Shown: positions 1 through 10,489 of the stretch, piece after piece
How the letters are laid out: each line of letters starts with the position of its first letter
Position numbering within the stretch: the stretch's first letter is position 1
Origin: Auanema rhodensis
Taxonomy: Eukaryota > Animalia > Nematoda
DNA: 64,000 nt
Direction: 5' to 3'
Assembly (NCBI GenBank): GCA_964057225.1
Contig: OZ059896.1
Span: 16,802,001-16,866,000, forward strand
Position numbers and translations under genes: made by a program
The notes under the pieces: generated by a model
Seen by the model: only the letters and a program-made list of their open reading frames with translations
What the model was told of the DNA's origin: nothing
Database searches by the model: none

Positions 1-828
1 GGTAAACTATTAAATCGTATTGCAACATCGCATAAACTTAACAACTTGTTTAGACCTAAGCTGCATGTAAAGCTTTGCAAACCAAGTGGCATAGCATGTT
101 CGTTGTTGATCAATGGCATGCTTGTACTGTATTGGATCGCGAGTGTATATCTTACAATGGGCCCTCATCCAGATGCATTCGTAGAAGCCGAGTCTTTAGC
201 TTTATCACTTCTGAAGCATTCTATTCAAAATGAATATTATTTAACCCTTTCTCTTGTGGTAATTAAAACTTTATGCATATTATTAACTATATAACTAATA
301 TAATTAGGTTTTAAAAGGTGATATATTCAAGATTGCTTTATTTTCTGTATGCTTCATAATTTTTGGAATAGTGACATTTGTAATGTTTGCTTCTACGATA
401 GCAATTATGCGTACAATTACACAAAGTGCTCACTCATCAACCAAAATAGCTCATTGGAAAATATTAAAGTTACTTTTAATTCAGGTAATATCATTAACTG
501 TTACTAAATATATAATTTATTTGTATTTCAGGCTACATTACCAGTTATATTTCTATTCTCTCCGAATATAATAGTTGTTGTATGTATTATATTAAAAATT
601 AATATAAGTGTCTGGGTAGCAGTGGGTATAGTCCTTTTTCTCAGTTTATTTTCCATTTTTAATCCATTTGTTGTTTTAATATTTGTAAAAGAATACCGAA
701 AATATGGGAAAAATATGATTTTGGTTATATTCCGTAAGAAATCATATAGAGAAGCATTTTTAAATAATAGTCGAGTATCTGCTATTCATTCAACTATTAA
801 TTCTATACCTCCTGTAAGTAAATTGTAG
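1..828 (+). CDS. 3' part of a nematode serpentine 7TM chemoreceptor (Str/Srj/Srd-type); 5' end lies outside the window
   Basis: Exons about ..258, 309-484 and 532-828 joined by short GT..AG introns give hydrophobic helices and TM6/TM7 motifs (..LLLIQ|ATLPVIFLFSP.., ..IFNPFVVLIFVKEYRK..); stop TAG at 826-828. Confidence 0.75.
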
Positions 829-1251
829 AATATTTTCATTAAAGTAATATAGTAGCGAATTATTAAATTTTAAATAAAAATTTTATTTAATTATAATACA
901 AAACAGTCATAGAACATATCAGATGATCATCAGCCCGAACTGCTATACTCAGAGTCTCATACCATAGCGTTAAGCAATTACTTATAACATATAATATACA
1001 TAACGTTTTATTTTTCAATATAATTTATATTTTGATACAATAGTATCTACTGTAAACATTACTTCAAAATGTTTGAATTTAACAATATAAGTTAAGAAAT
1101 ACTAAAAAAAGTCTTTTAGACTATAGCAAATGAAAAACAAGTAATGAGACATAATGTGAATTAAATAATTGAATTTTTGTCTTATTTCTTCATATAAATC
1201 GTATGATTACCAAATATAGCTACAGATCATATAAAGAGAGAGAGAAAGTGT

Positions 1252-4200
1252 TTAATTAGCTCGGCATGTACCATTAACAGCTATTTGGCCAGATGGGCAT
1301 GATCGGGCTAAAATATTAATGAAATCAAAAATAGTTTTATAATATATTGTTTATTATTATTTTTTATAAATAATAATAGTTAAGATTGTATTAAAATAGA
1401 TGTTTAATAAGAAAAATAGAGCTTACCACACATAGATTCAGAATTTCCATCTACTTCTTTATATACCCGAACCATATATGAAGGGCATTGAACTAAAAAA
1501 TAGAATAAAAACAATAAATTAATGTTAACTATGAGCTGAACATACTTTCATGAGCGTTTTCACTATTGCCATCAGCTGGATATTGAATTGCTTCAACTGA
1601 GCAACATTGATACAGCTTTAAATATATAATTTATAATACGCATATCTCATTTGTTATACAAAACATACCTTGTTACTTTTATGTTGTAAGCATAAATAAC
1701 CACTGGGACATCCTTTTGTTGTTGGTTCACAAAGAACAGGCTCTTGTGTATTAGGATATAAGAGAGCAGAACCACGAGGACAACCGGCTCCTAGAACATG
1801 ATCATTATACAACGAAGAATTGAAATTAAATGTCTTAGGGCAATAAGCACAGTTAGAAGTTCAGACAAGTTGATCATAATTACCTGTCTGATGGAATCCA
1901 GCCCCCTTCTTCGAATATTTTCTAGTACAGCAGTAATATTCCTTCAATACTTCAGAAAGTTTGCATTGATATCCGTAGGGACATGATCCAGTTGAGCATG
2001 TTTTAGCTTTACCGTTCAGAAGATAAGGTGTCATTCCAATCGGACAATGAGAACCTGTGATAACGTATAGTTTACATAAATTAAAATTCTCCAAACAAAT
2101 ATACTGACCAGTTTTTGAGATTCCTTTAACCTTTGGTCTTTCTTTCTTAGATTCAGTCTTTTCTTTTCCACAGCATACACTCTTATTAATCTGAGACAAA
2201 ATTCAAATAATCCGAATAGTTCAAGTTCAAGGTATATACCTTCTCAACGACTTCACATGAATATGAAGCTGGGCAATCATCCGATTTTTTACAAAATTTC
2301 ACCCTATTTTTCTCCATAAACGGCCTCTTCTTTGGATCAGAGCAAACCTCTGAGATATTTTCAATGCTAATCTCTTCTTCTTTTTCTGAAATTATAATGT
2401 TTGTCATGATATTCCTAACTTTAATTAATTTTCTTAATCTCTCTTCTATTAATATATTTTGAATTTTACCTTTTGGTTCTCCTTTAACACATTTATTTCC
2501 TTCGATACGCTCTTCTTTAGTACAATCACAACGTCCAGCTATGCAACGTGAGTTGGAGACACACTTAAAATTAAAAGTTAAACCACCAGAATGAAAATAT
2601 CATAATACCTGTAGAGAGCTCTTACATGACTGTCCAATATCAACACGATCAACACATTGCCCGTTTAAGCGAATCTAGAATTATATCAGATGGTTAGAAC
2701 ACATATGCATTAGTAAATATCATTACCTGGCTATCTGAACATTCTTTCTGTGTACAGATGTTATTGATAATTGTCATTTCTGGTGCACACCTGAAACATA
2801 TCGATTAAGATAAAGTAAACATTAAAATTAAAAAAACATCTATACGCTATCAGATAACTTACGTGCAAGTTTTATCTATACAGCTACTGTTACCGCCACA
2901 CTCTTCACTACGATGACAAGCTCCACCAGGCTTAACACGTACAATGCATTCCCCATTGATGAGTTCTTCATTTTCAGCACATTCTGAAACATTCATAGTT
3001 CGATGAATTAAAAAAATAAAATAAATAAATATATATAGTATAACGCAATTTCAAAAAATAACACATGTTGTCAATCAGTTCACACTAATGATAACAATAT
3101 GCTTACCATTATCTATCTTACTGCAACAGATATTTTTGCTATCGTACAAGCTGCTCTTAACACATTCATAGCCCTCAGCACACATATCAGGGCCCGGAAT
3201 GCATTCCTGGGCATTTCCATCAACGGCTATGTAGGCTGCACGTCCAGCTGGACATCCGGCACTTTGACCACAGCATTGGAATTGATTTTTACGCGAAGAG
3301 AACTGACAGAAGAAACCGATTGGACACTTTTTACTCTGAAACCTCAAGTATGAACCTAGTTTTTATGATTGGACGTACCTCTCCAGCAGTGCAAACTCTA
3401 GGTTTGCCTGAACGTTTATCCATAGAAGCGAACTGCCTGGATGGGCATCCGTCATCTGTAATTTTGAGTAAAGATTATGATGATATGGAAATAGAAATTA
3501 AACCTATATGAGTAGGCTTAATCTGGCGAATTGGTCTTGTACCGCAACATTGATATTTCTGATTCTTCAAAGACCATTGACAAGTATAATCGGTAGGACA
3601 TTGGCCGTCTGAAAAATTTCAATAATGTGTGTTAGTCAGTTTCAATGTTTACCATCGACATTAAATGGATCACATCCTTTAACAGTTCCTTCACTGATAT
3701 ATGCATATTGTGATGGTGGACACCCATCTAAATTGGATAATCATTCAATAATTCTATCAAAGTAATATGGTTACCGTTTACACCTTCCTTCTCCTGTCCG
3801 GAACAACAGTAGAAAATATTTCCTTGAGGCTGTTGCTGGCAGGTGAAACCCTAAAAGGAACAAACACATTAAGACTGTACTTTGATTAATATTTATATAT
3901 AATTATATGATTAATATTTATATATAATTACATGAGTATACCTGTGGACAGAAGGCAAAGCCTTCAGCACTACACGTTGTTGGCATCTGCGTTTTCTCAT
4001 CCAAATGGAATTGAGCTGATCCCGGACAAATAGCTGAAACCAAATCACATTAATTGCTGTCATGTCCCTAATGTCCTTACGATTTGTATTACAACAATAT
4101 CCTTGGAATGCATTGGGAACGTCTGATAAACATGCATATCCAGGTGGACAGGTATTGATAGTTGCCGAAATGTGACACTGAGATGGTAGTAATGTTGTTG

Positions 4201-7200
4201 GGAAACGGAACAAAGCTCTTCCAGCTGGACAGTAAGCTGAAGTTGGAAGATAAAAATGAAATAGTTACACTGATTACAATCAAATTACCTCCTTTAACAT
4301 TTCCACAGCAATAGTATTTATGATTATTCTGAGAAAAACGACACAAATATCCGGAGGGGCATTTACCATCAGCAGCCATAGCACACTGTCGAGGAGTATT
4401 ATTGCGTGGATCCATAAACGCTTTTTCTCCAGCAGGACAAACACCTAAAAAAATCGGGAAATAGTTAACAGATATACAAAGAATGATAAATATTTAATAC
4501 AGCTATCTGCATATACATACCCATGCTATCAGAGCCACAGCATACATGCTCTTGTGTTAGCGCATTCAGAGTACACGCATAGTTAGCTGGGCAATTGTTT
4601 TGGAGAGCTGTATTGCATAAGAATGGTTTATTGGAATTCGGATCCTGAAATAAATGTTTAAATATATGGTTAAGTTGGATTCTCTAGCCTTATATACGCT
4701 ATCTCCAGCAGAGCATCCAGCTGACATACAGAAATCTTCACATTCAAGTTTAGTGCCAAATGAATTTAGTGAGGTATCGCAACCATTCGATGTATATGAT
4801 GAACAGGATTGTAAGGCCATATTGAAGTAAAATCTGAAATGAAACGATAGTTATGTTGATAGCCCATACTTAGATTTCGTCTCCATACAAAAGCACAACT
4901 GCTGTTTAGCAAACGTAGCTCAGATAATTATTTGAACATAGTTAAACCATTCTGTTTCCCTACTAAATTCGATAATTTTCCAAATGCTAACAAGTTTCGA
5001 AAAATCATATTTTTTAATGTACATTTCATAGGTGGCACACAAAACTTTCTATTAAAGTTTCAATTTTAACGTTTCTTGTTTGTTTTCTAGTTTCTTAACA
5101 TGTGTCAAAGATCAACCTTTCTTACGGATTTTTTGTTATTAAAAAAAAAATCGCATGTGCGATTCATCAAAAAGAGCTCAGATAATATAATTTCAACATA
5201 TTTAGCGGTTTCGGGAGAGCGTTCTGCTTTTTCGTTCATTTGCCAAATCTGCCATGTTTTTAGAAGATCATATCTTATAGTGCAACGTACTTCTTATCCG
5301 TGTTGAACACAATTTTCTAAAAAAATTTTCACTTTTAACGTTTCTTGTCGTTTTCTAGTTTCTTGAAACGTGTTACAGATTGACACTTCATACTAAGTTG
5401 TTGTTATTAAAAAAAATCGCATGTGCGATTCATCAAAAAGAGCTCAGATAATATAATTTCAACATATTTAGCGGTTTCGGGAGTGCGTTCTGCTTTTTCG
5501 TTCATTTGCCAAATCTGCCATGTTTTTAGAAGATCATATCTTATAGTGCAACGTACTTCTTATCCGTGTTGAACACAATTTTCTAAAAAAATTTTCACTT
5601 TTAACGTTTCTTGTTGTTTTCTAGTTTCTTGAAACGTGTTACAGATTGACACTTCATACTAAGTTGTTGTTATTAAAAAAAATCGCATGTGCGATTCATC
5701 AAAAAGAGCTCAGATAATATAATTTCAACATATTTCGACGTTTCAGGGCACCTAGATGCTTCGTTCATTTGCCAAATCTGCCACGTTTTTAGAAGAGGAT
5801 ATCTTATAGTGCAACGTACTTCTTATCCGTGTTGAACACAACTTTCTCTTAAAGTTTCAATTTTAACGTTTCTTGTTGTTTTCTAGTTTCTTGACAGGTG
5901 TCAAAGAAAAACTTCTCTTTTGGAGTTTTCGTTATTAAAAAAATCGCAAGAGCGATTTGTCAAAAAGAGCTCAGATAATATAATTTCAACATAATTAAGC
6001 CTTTCAGAAGCCGTGGTTTTAGAACACATCGTTCATTTGCCAAAAACGTGAAGTTTTTGGAAGATGATATCTTATAGAGCAACGTACTTCTTATCCGTGT
6101 TGAACATAATCGCTAAAAACAGTGCAAAACGCAAACTATTTGAAATACACATCTCTCCCTACTTTAAGATATATAATCCAACGATACAAATGCACAAAAC
6201 TGCCTTTAATAAAATGAAAATTTTTCCAGAAAGATTACTTTATAAAATATAATCAAACAGTAAATTCAAAAAAATGGGCTCAGATATTATACACGTTCTC
6301 CTTCACATTCATTCAGAGGGGTAAACGGCGAGTTAATGTTTTCAATCATCATTTGCCGACATCGTTAAGGTCTTCAATCTTCAACACCCTTGTTATCGCC
6401 GTATCTCTTATGCGTGCTGCTAAAAACGTACAAACAACTATGTGTACAAATTTAATTCACGGTCATTGTAACGTTGTTAATTCAATAATCATGATAGGTC
6501 AAAACTTATCAATTGCTGCTTCAAATGCTTCATGAGGATAACATTTGATTCATCTCAACATAAAAGAATTGAAAAACCAAGTATGAGTCATTAATTAATT
6601 GCTATATTCTTAAGCTGGCTCAGAAACTATACACGTTCTCCTTCAGATTCATTCAGAGGGGTAAACGGCGAGTTAATGTTTTCAATCATCATTTGCCAAA
6701 AGAAAGATAATGTGAAAGACTCAATACAGTAAAACTAGCCGTACATAATATAGGTTTGTATGTGTTCTGAATAAATTTTTTTGACAGAGCAGAAAATTTA
6801 ACATTGTTGACAACATCTTCCAACAAAAGGATATAAAAATTGACATCAGGTAATAGACACGTTCTCTTTCACATTATTCAGATGGGTAAACGGCGAGTTA
6901 ATGTTTTGAATCATCACTTGACAAGTCGTACTTTTAATTTGTCATATATATACACTGATATATAGTTGCATCGTATATTTTTTGAGTGGTATAAATAGGA
7001 ATAAACTAAGAAACGAAACTAACCGTGTTTGCCCACTTCCTGAGCTACACTTAGGAAGCATACCCATCTGTGGTGGTTTCGAACAAATAGAAACCTTTGT
7101 TGGACAACATCTTCTCTGGGTAATACCATTAGCTTCAACTATACTACATTCATAGCCATGAGGACATGGTTCTGTATTTGAACATGTACGAATCTTTGAG

Positions 7201-10200
7201 TTCATGCGAAGTGGAGAACCACCATTTGGACAAACTATAATAAGAATTCAAAAAAAATATTGTTATAGAATACAAATTGCATACCGGCAATTTCACAGTA
7301 GCTTTGACATTTTTCAGCAGATGGGAAATTATTCGAATTTCCATCACATCCAAGGAAAAGGAAAGATTGACATTCCTATATATGATATAGTATAACTTAT
7401 GAATTCAATTTGAGAAATGAAAACCTTCAACTGATTGTTATAATAATATCGATAAGAGCTTCCAGACCCACATGCAATACCCTTATTCAGTTGCAAAGAG
7501 CATGTATAAGCTTGAACAATAAACAGAATAAGTTTCCAAAATTTTAAACATTTATATTACCTTTACTTGGACAACAGCCATGTACTAATCCATCGAAATG
7601 GCATTCATAGTTAGCTGGACATCCATTTCCAGTCAAACTTTCTCCACATTGCATGTACTTTCCCGAGAAATCAACGTAAGCTTTTCCTTGTAAACATTTG
7701 GGCTCAGCTTAGAATTGAAGAAATATAAATAGAAAAAAATGAAATTTGTTACCATTAATGTTTTTACAGAAGCTTTGGCATTCGTTCAATGTATTAAAAC
7801 GATTGTTATTTCCTTGACATCCAGTGTATTGAAAAGCTTCGCATTGTCTGCTTTCAGCATTGTACCAAAATTGACGAACCGATTGTTTACAATCACCAAC
7901 TCTCATAGGTTCGGTACACAACGTTTCTTAAATTCATCAATGTTTAGAAAATCAAAGTAAAGTTCAACATCAACCAGTATTGTGAGAAAACACCAAAAAT
8001 GAGAAACATGTCTTCACGTGGTTTACGTGGTTCACGTGATAATTATTAATGTTCATATTTTGACTCACAAGTACTAGCGACATGAAAATGCATACAATTT
8101 AGTTTGTGAACTTATAATCTATTTTTATTCTTTATAATTGAAAAATCTTACGAGCTGAAGGGCAGCAAACACCATGTTCTGTGGCACATGTGTGCGTTGA
8201 TGGACAATCCACATCACGGTGACATCTCTGAGGAGATCCATTTCCATTTGTTAATGGGTTACCATGAGCACATTGCACTAAATTTGAATTTATATTAATC
8301 AATATTCTTAGATATTTGAAATATTACAGCGAGCACAGAAAATTTGGCAATCAGCTTGATTATTGAAATTATTGAAATTTCCGAGGAAACCATTATAAGT
8401 GAAAGGATGGCATTGACCATCGGCGGGGTTATAATAATATCTAAGATAAGTACGATAAGATATTTTCAAAAATATTCTTCTACCTTGTACTTATTCCCAT
8501 AGCAAAGTTGGCTTCTTCTCCTGTTAGTTGATCAAATCGAACACCAGCATCATAAATTGTTCCTCGTCTCGAATCTTTAATACGACCCCCAGCATCAGAA
8601 CAAATATGCTCTGAAAAAAATATCGTATTGAATCATTTTCTGAAGATCTTACTTCTGGATGGACAGCAGAAACTTTGACTGGCAACTTCCATACAGTTGT
8701 ATGGTTCTGGGCAAGGATTTGATGATGTGCAGCCCATGTGAGGACCCTGTCCAACATCTTGCTTGGCAGGAAGATATGCTGGATTACCACGAGGGCAGGC
8801 TGTAGTGTTTGAGTGAGTGTACTATATTTGATTTTAAAACTTACTATCCTTACAGAAACTTTCACAATGGTCTAAGGTTTCAAAATTGTTTGGTGATACT
8901 TCAGAACTACTAGGATCAAAAAGAAACTGTTGACAAGATCCCATAACGTTGTTGAACCACCAACGTGGAACTGAGCCAAGAGCATCCGATTCACCTTTCT
9001 TTGGCTGCATGCATGTGAATGCTAAATCATAGTGATTAGAAAGGTAATTTTAGAAAAATGTTATTTTACCTCTATTCATACAACATACTCCGACTGGATG
9101 GTTCTTTCCTTTGATACCTTGCTCTTTCCAAAATTTAGTATTGTCAATACAATCATATAGATCCGAAACATCAACTGGGGAGGAATCGCCATTCTATTAA
9201 AGAAATTAACAATAACAATTTTTTTAGTTTTGTTTATACCGATCCCTGAGTGGCACATTTGTATTCATGAGCATCATTCAGAAGAGCTTCAGAATTGTGG
9301 GGACCGCTTGAGCTATGTGGATTACACGGAGCAATGCTTACAGAAGTTTTTCCTAGACATATTTCCAATATCATATCAGTATTATTTATGCTTTCCCTAT
9401 AACTAACCGGCTACAGCAGGCAGAACTACAAGAGCAGCAGGTGAATCTGGTGGAGGAAGAGATGGTAGAGGACAGGCTGGCTCATTGGGAGTGGACCAAA
9501 CACACACAGTTCCATCCCTGAAAAGCAATATAATTTTTTGAATTACAAAGAGAAACGTTGTTTTACTTAGTTTTTACGGCAATCATATCATCATTTGGGC
9601 ACATGCACTGGCCACTTTTACAAAAAGCATCTGGCCATACTGAAGAGCATTGAACGTCATAGAAGCATCCAGACTCAGATGGAGAAATTTCTAGAATAAG
9701 AAAATTCAAATAGTTGGAAAACCCCCTATTCATATATTCAATTTACTCACTCTCATAACAGTAAGCATCGACAGCTATATAGGTAGACAGACAACGACAT
9801 TGACCAATAGCGCAGTACATTCCACCCAGACAGTCCGTATTGAAAGAACAAACATCTCCGACTCGACCAGAACCTAAAGAACGGGTAAAAGATCAAATAA
9901 ATAGTACACAAATTTCTATTGGTTGACGAAAAACAATAAGAAGTCCGAAATACTCATCATGAATTTCAAGTTTTAGTTTCAATTCATAATATAAATTCGC
10001 ATGAATGTAAAGACGAGAAGACTGTAAAGTTGTTTCGTAAAGTTTAAAGTTCAAATAACAAACCTGATGTTCCCTGAGCATGGAACAATAGGCGTGCTGG
10101 ATCTACACATTCAAGTGATGAAGAACTGAAGTGTAAAGTTCCATTTTCAGAACACTGCTGATTTACCCATTTTTTGTCCACACATTCCAAATAAGAAGCA

Positions 10201-10489
10201 GATTCAACAGATATTTTTCTGGGAAAATTAGTTTGGGTTAATAATGAAAATCCAATAGATTGAATAACTTACTTTGTTCTAGGATTACAGAAAAAAAAAG
10301 GTTGTCTCCCTTCATCGGAACAAGATTGGGCTAAACTATGCTTGATAGTACAGCTGTCACATAAGTCATCAACTTGGCAAGTTGATTTCTGGGGTGAAGC
10401 TATTAAATAAAAGTTAATACATATAGTTTAACAGTAAAAATACCAGTAGCTATTGCTAAGAATCCCAGGCCAAAAAGGATTAACCTCAT
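1252..10489 (-). CDS. Large secreted cysteine-rich protein: signal peptide, chitin-binding-like N-terminus, EB modules, five Kunitz/BPTI domains and many Lustrin-type Cys repeats (C. elegans ZC84.1/K10D3.4-type architecture)
   Basis: ATG at 10489 gives [15 protein letters not shown] (signal peptide). Kunitz signatures include [51 protein letters not shown] (7750-7920). CPxGYxC..CC repeats fill 1.9-4.7 kb. Last exon ..[16 protein letters not shown] has its stop at 1252-1254. Many short introns plus one 2.19-kb intron (4834-7023) that splits the fifth Kunitz domain. Confidence 0.9.
4916..4982 (-). pseudogene. Degenerate fifth C/D-like cassette
   Basis: Minus strand GGAAAATTATCGA ATTTAGTAGGGAAA CAGA ATGGTTTAACT ATGTTCA AATAATTAT CTGAGCT: D box intact, C/C'/D' boxes and upstream element decayed, no immediate T-run. 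Confidence 0.45.
5174..5244 (-). ncRNA. Orphan box C/D-like RNA cassette A
   Basis: Minus strand: GGCAA ATGAACGA (C-like) AAAAGCAGAACGCTCTC CCGA (D') AACCGCTAAAT ATGTTGA (C') AATTATATTAT CTGA (D) GCTC, then TTTTT. Confidence 0.6.
5274..5302 (-). promoter_or_regulatory. Putative PSE-like upstream element (CACGGATAAGAAGTACG) plus TATAAG, repeated for each cassette
   Basis: The element starts exactly 58 nt upstream of cassettes A-D (5302, 5568, 5831, 6099), with TATAAG at about -35..-30. A related element CACGCATAAGAGATACG sits at -59 of the U87-like gene (6400-6416). Confidence 0.55.
5440..5510 (-). ncRNA. Orphan box C/D-like RNA cassette B
   Basis: Same scaffold as A; guide AAAAGCAGAACGCACTC differs from A by one substitution. 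Confidence 0.6.
5706..5773 (-). ncRNA. Orphan box C/D-like RNA cassette C
   Basis: Same scaffold; guide AGCATCTAGGTGCC followed by a canonical D' CTGA; T5 terminator. Confidence 0.62.
5967..6041 (-). ncRNA. Orphan box C/D-like RNA cassette D
   Basis: Same scaffold; guide TGTGTTCTAAAACCACGGCTT followed by a canonical D' CTGA; T5 terminator. Confidence 0.62.
6277..6357 (-). ncRNA. Box C/D snoRNA, U87/SNORD87-like, copy 1 (guide for 2'-O-methylation of the last G of GGG in 28S GGGUAAACGGCG)
   Basis: Minus strand GGCAA ATGATGA (C) ..ACTCGCCGTTTACCCCT CTGA (D') ..AATGTGA (C'-like) ..CTGA (D) GCC, with GGC/GCC terminal stem and a T7 run downstream. CGCCGTTTACCC is the 12-nt reverse complement of the conserved LSU sequence GGGUAAACGGCG. 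Confidence 0.88.
6617..6697 (-). ncRNA. Box C/D snoRNA, U87/SNORD87-like, copy 2
   Basis: Near-identical to copy 1: ATGATGA, same guide and D' CTGA, D CTGA, TGGC/GCCA terminal stem. Confidence 0.88.
6841..6920 (-). ncRNA. Box C/D snoRNA, U87/SNORD87-like, copy 3 (more diverged)
   Basis: GTGATGA ..ACTCGCCGTTTACCCAT CTGA ..CTGA followed by TGTCAATTTTT. Boxes and guide are conserved while flanks diverge. Confidence 0.82.

Larger units (their letters stand above)
4916..6106 (-). repeat. Tandem array of ~258-266-bp units (4 intact, 1 degenerate), each carrying a box C/D-like small RNA cassette
   Basis: The anchor GAGCTCAGATAAT recurs at 5174, 5440, 5706 and 5967, with a degenerate copy at 4916. 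Flanks are near-identical and the central segment varies. Confidence 0.95.

Noticed and set aside
5736-6030. Partial resemblance of guide C to bacterial 23S GGCACCUCGAUG and of guide D to 18S AGCCGCGGU
   Set aside because: Both matches are short with an internal mismatch; not enough to assign a target without a proper search.
4916-6106. CRISPR array or plain satellite interpretation of the tandem repeat
   Set aside because: The context is eukaryotic with no cas genes, and the ~266-bp period is far longer than a CRISPR repeat-spacer unit. C/D boxes, a promoter-like element and T-runs explain the structure better, though neutral satellite behaviour is not excluded.
5100-6535. ORFs in the track at 5100-5306, 6064-6252 and 6353-6535
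   Set aside because: They overlap the repeat/snoRNA cluster on the opposite strand and have no protein-like features.
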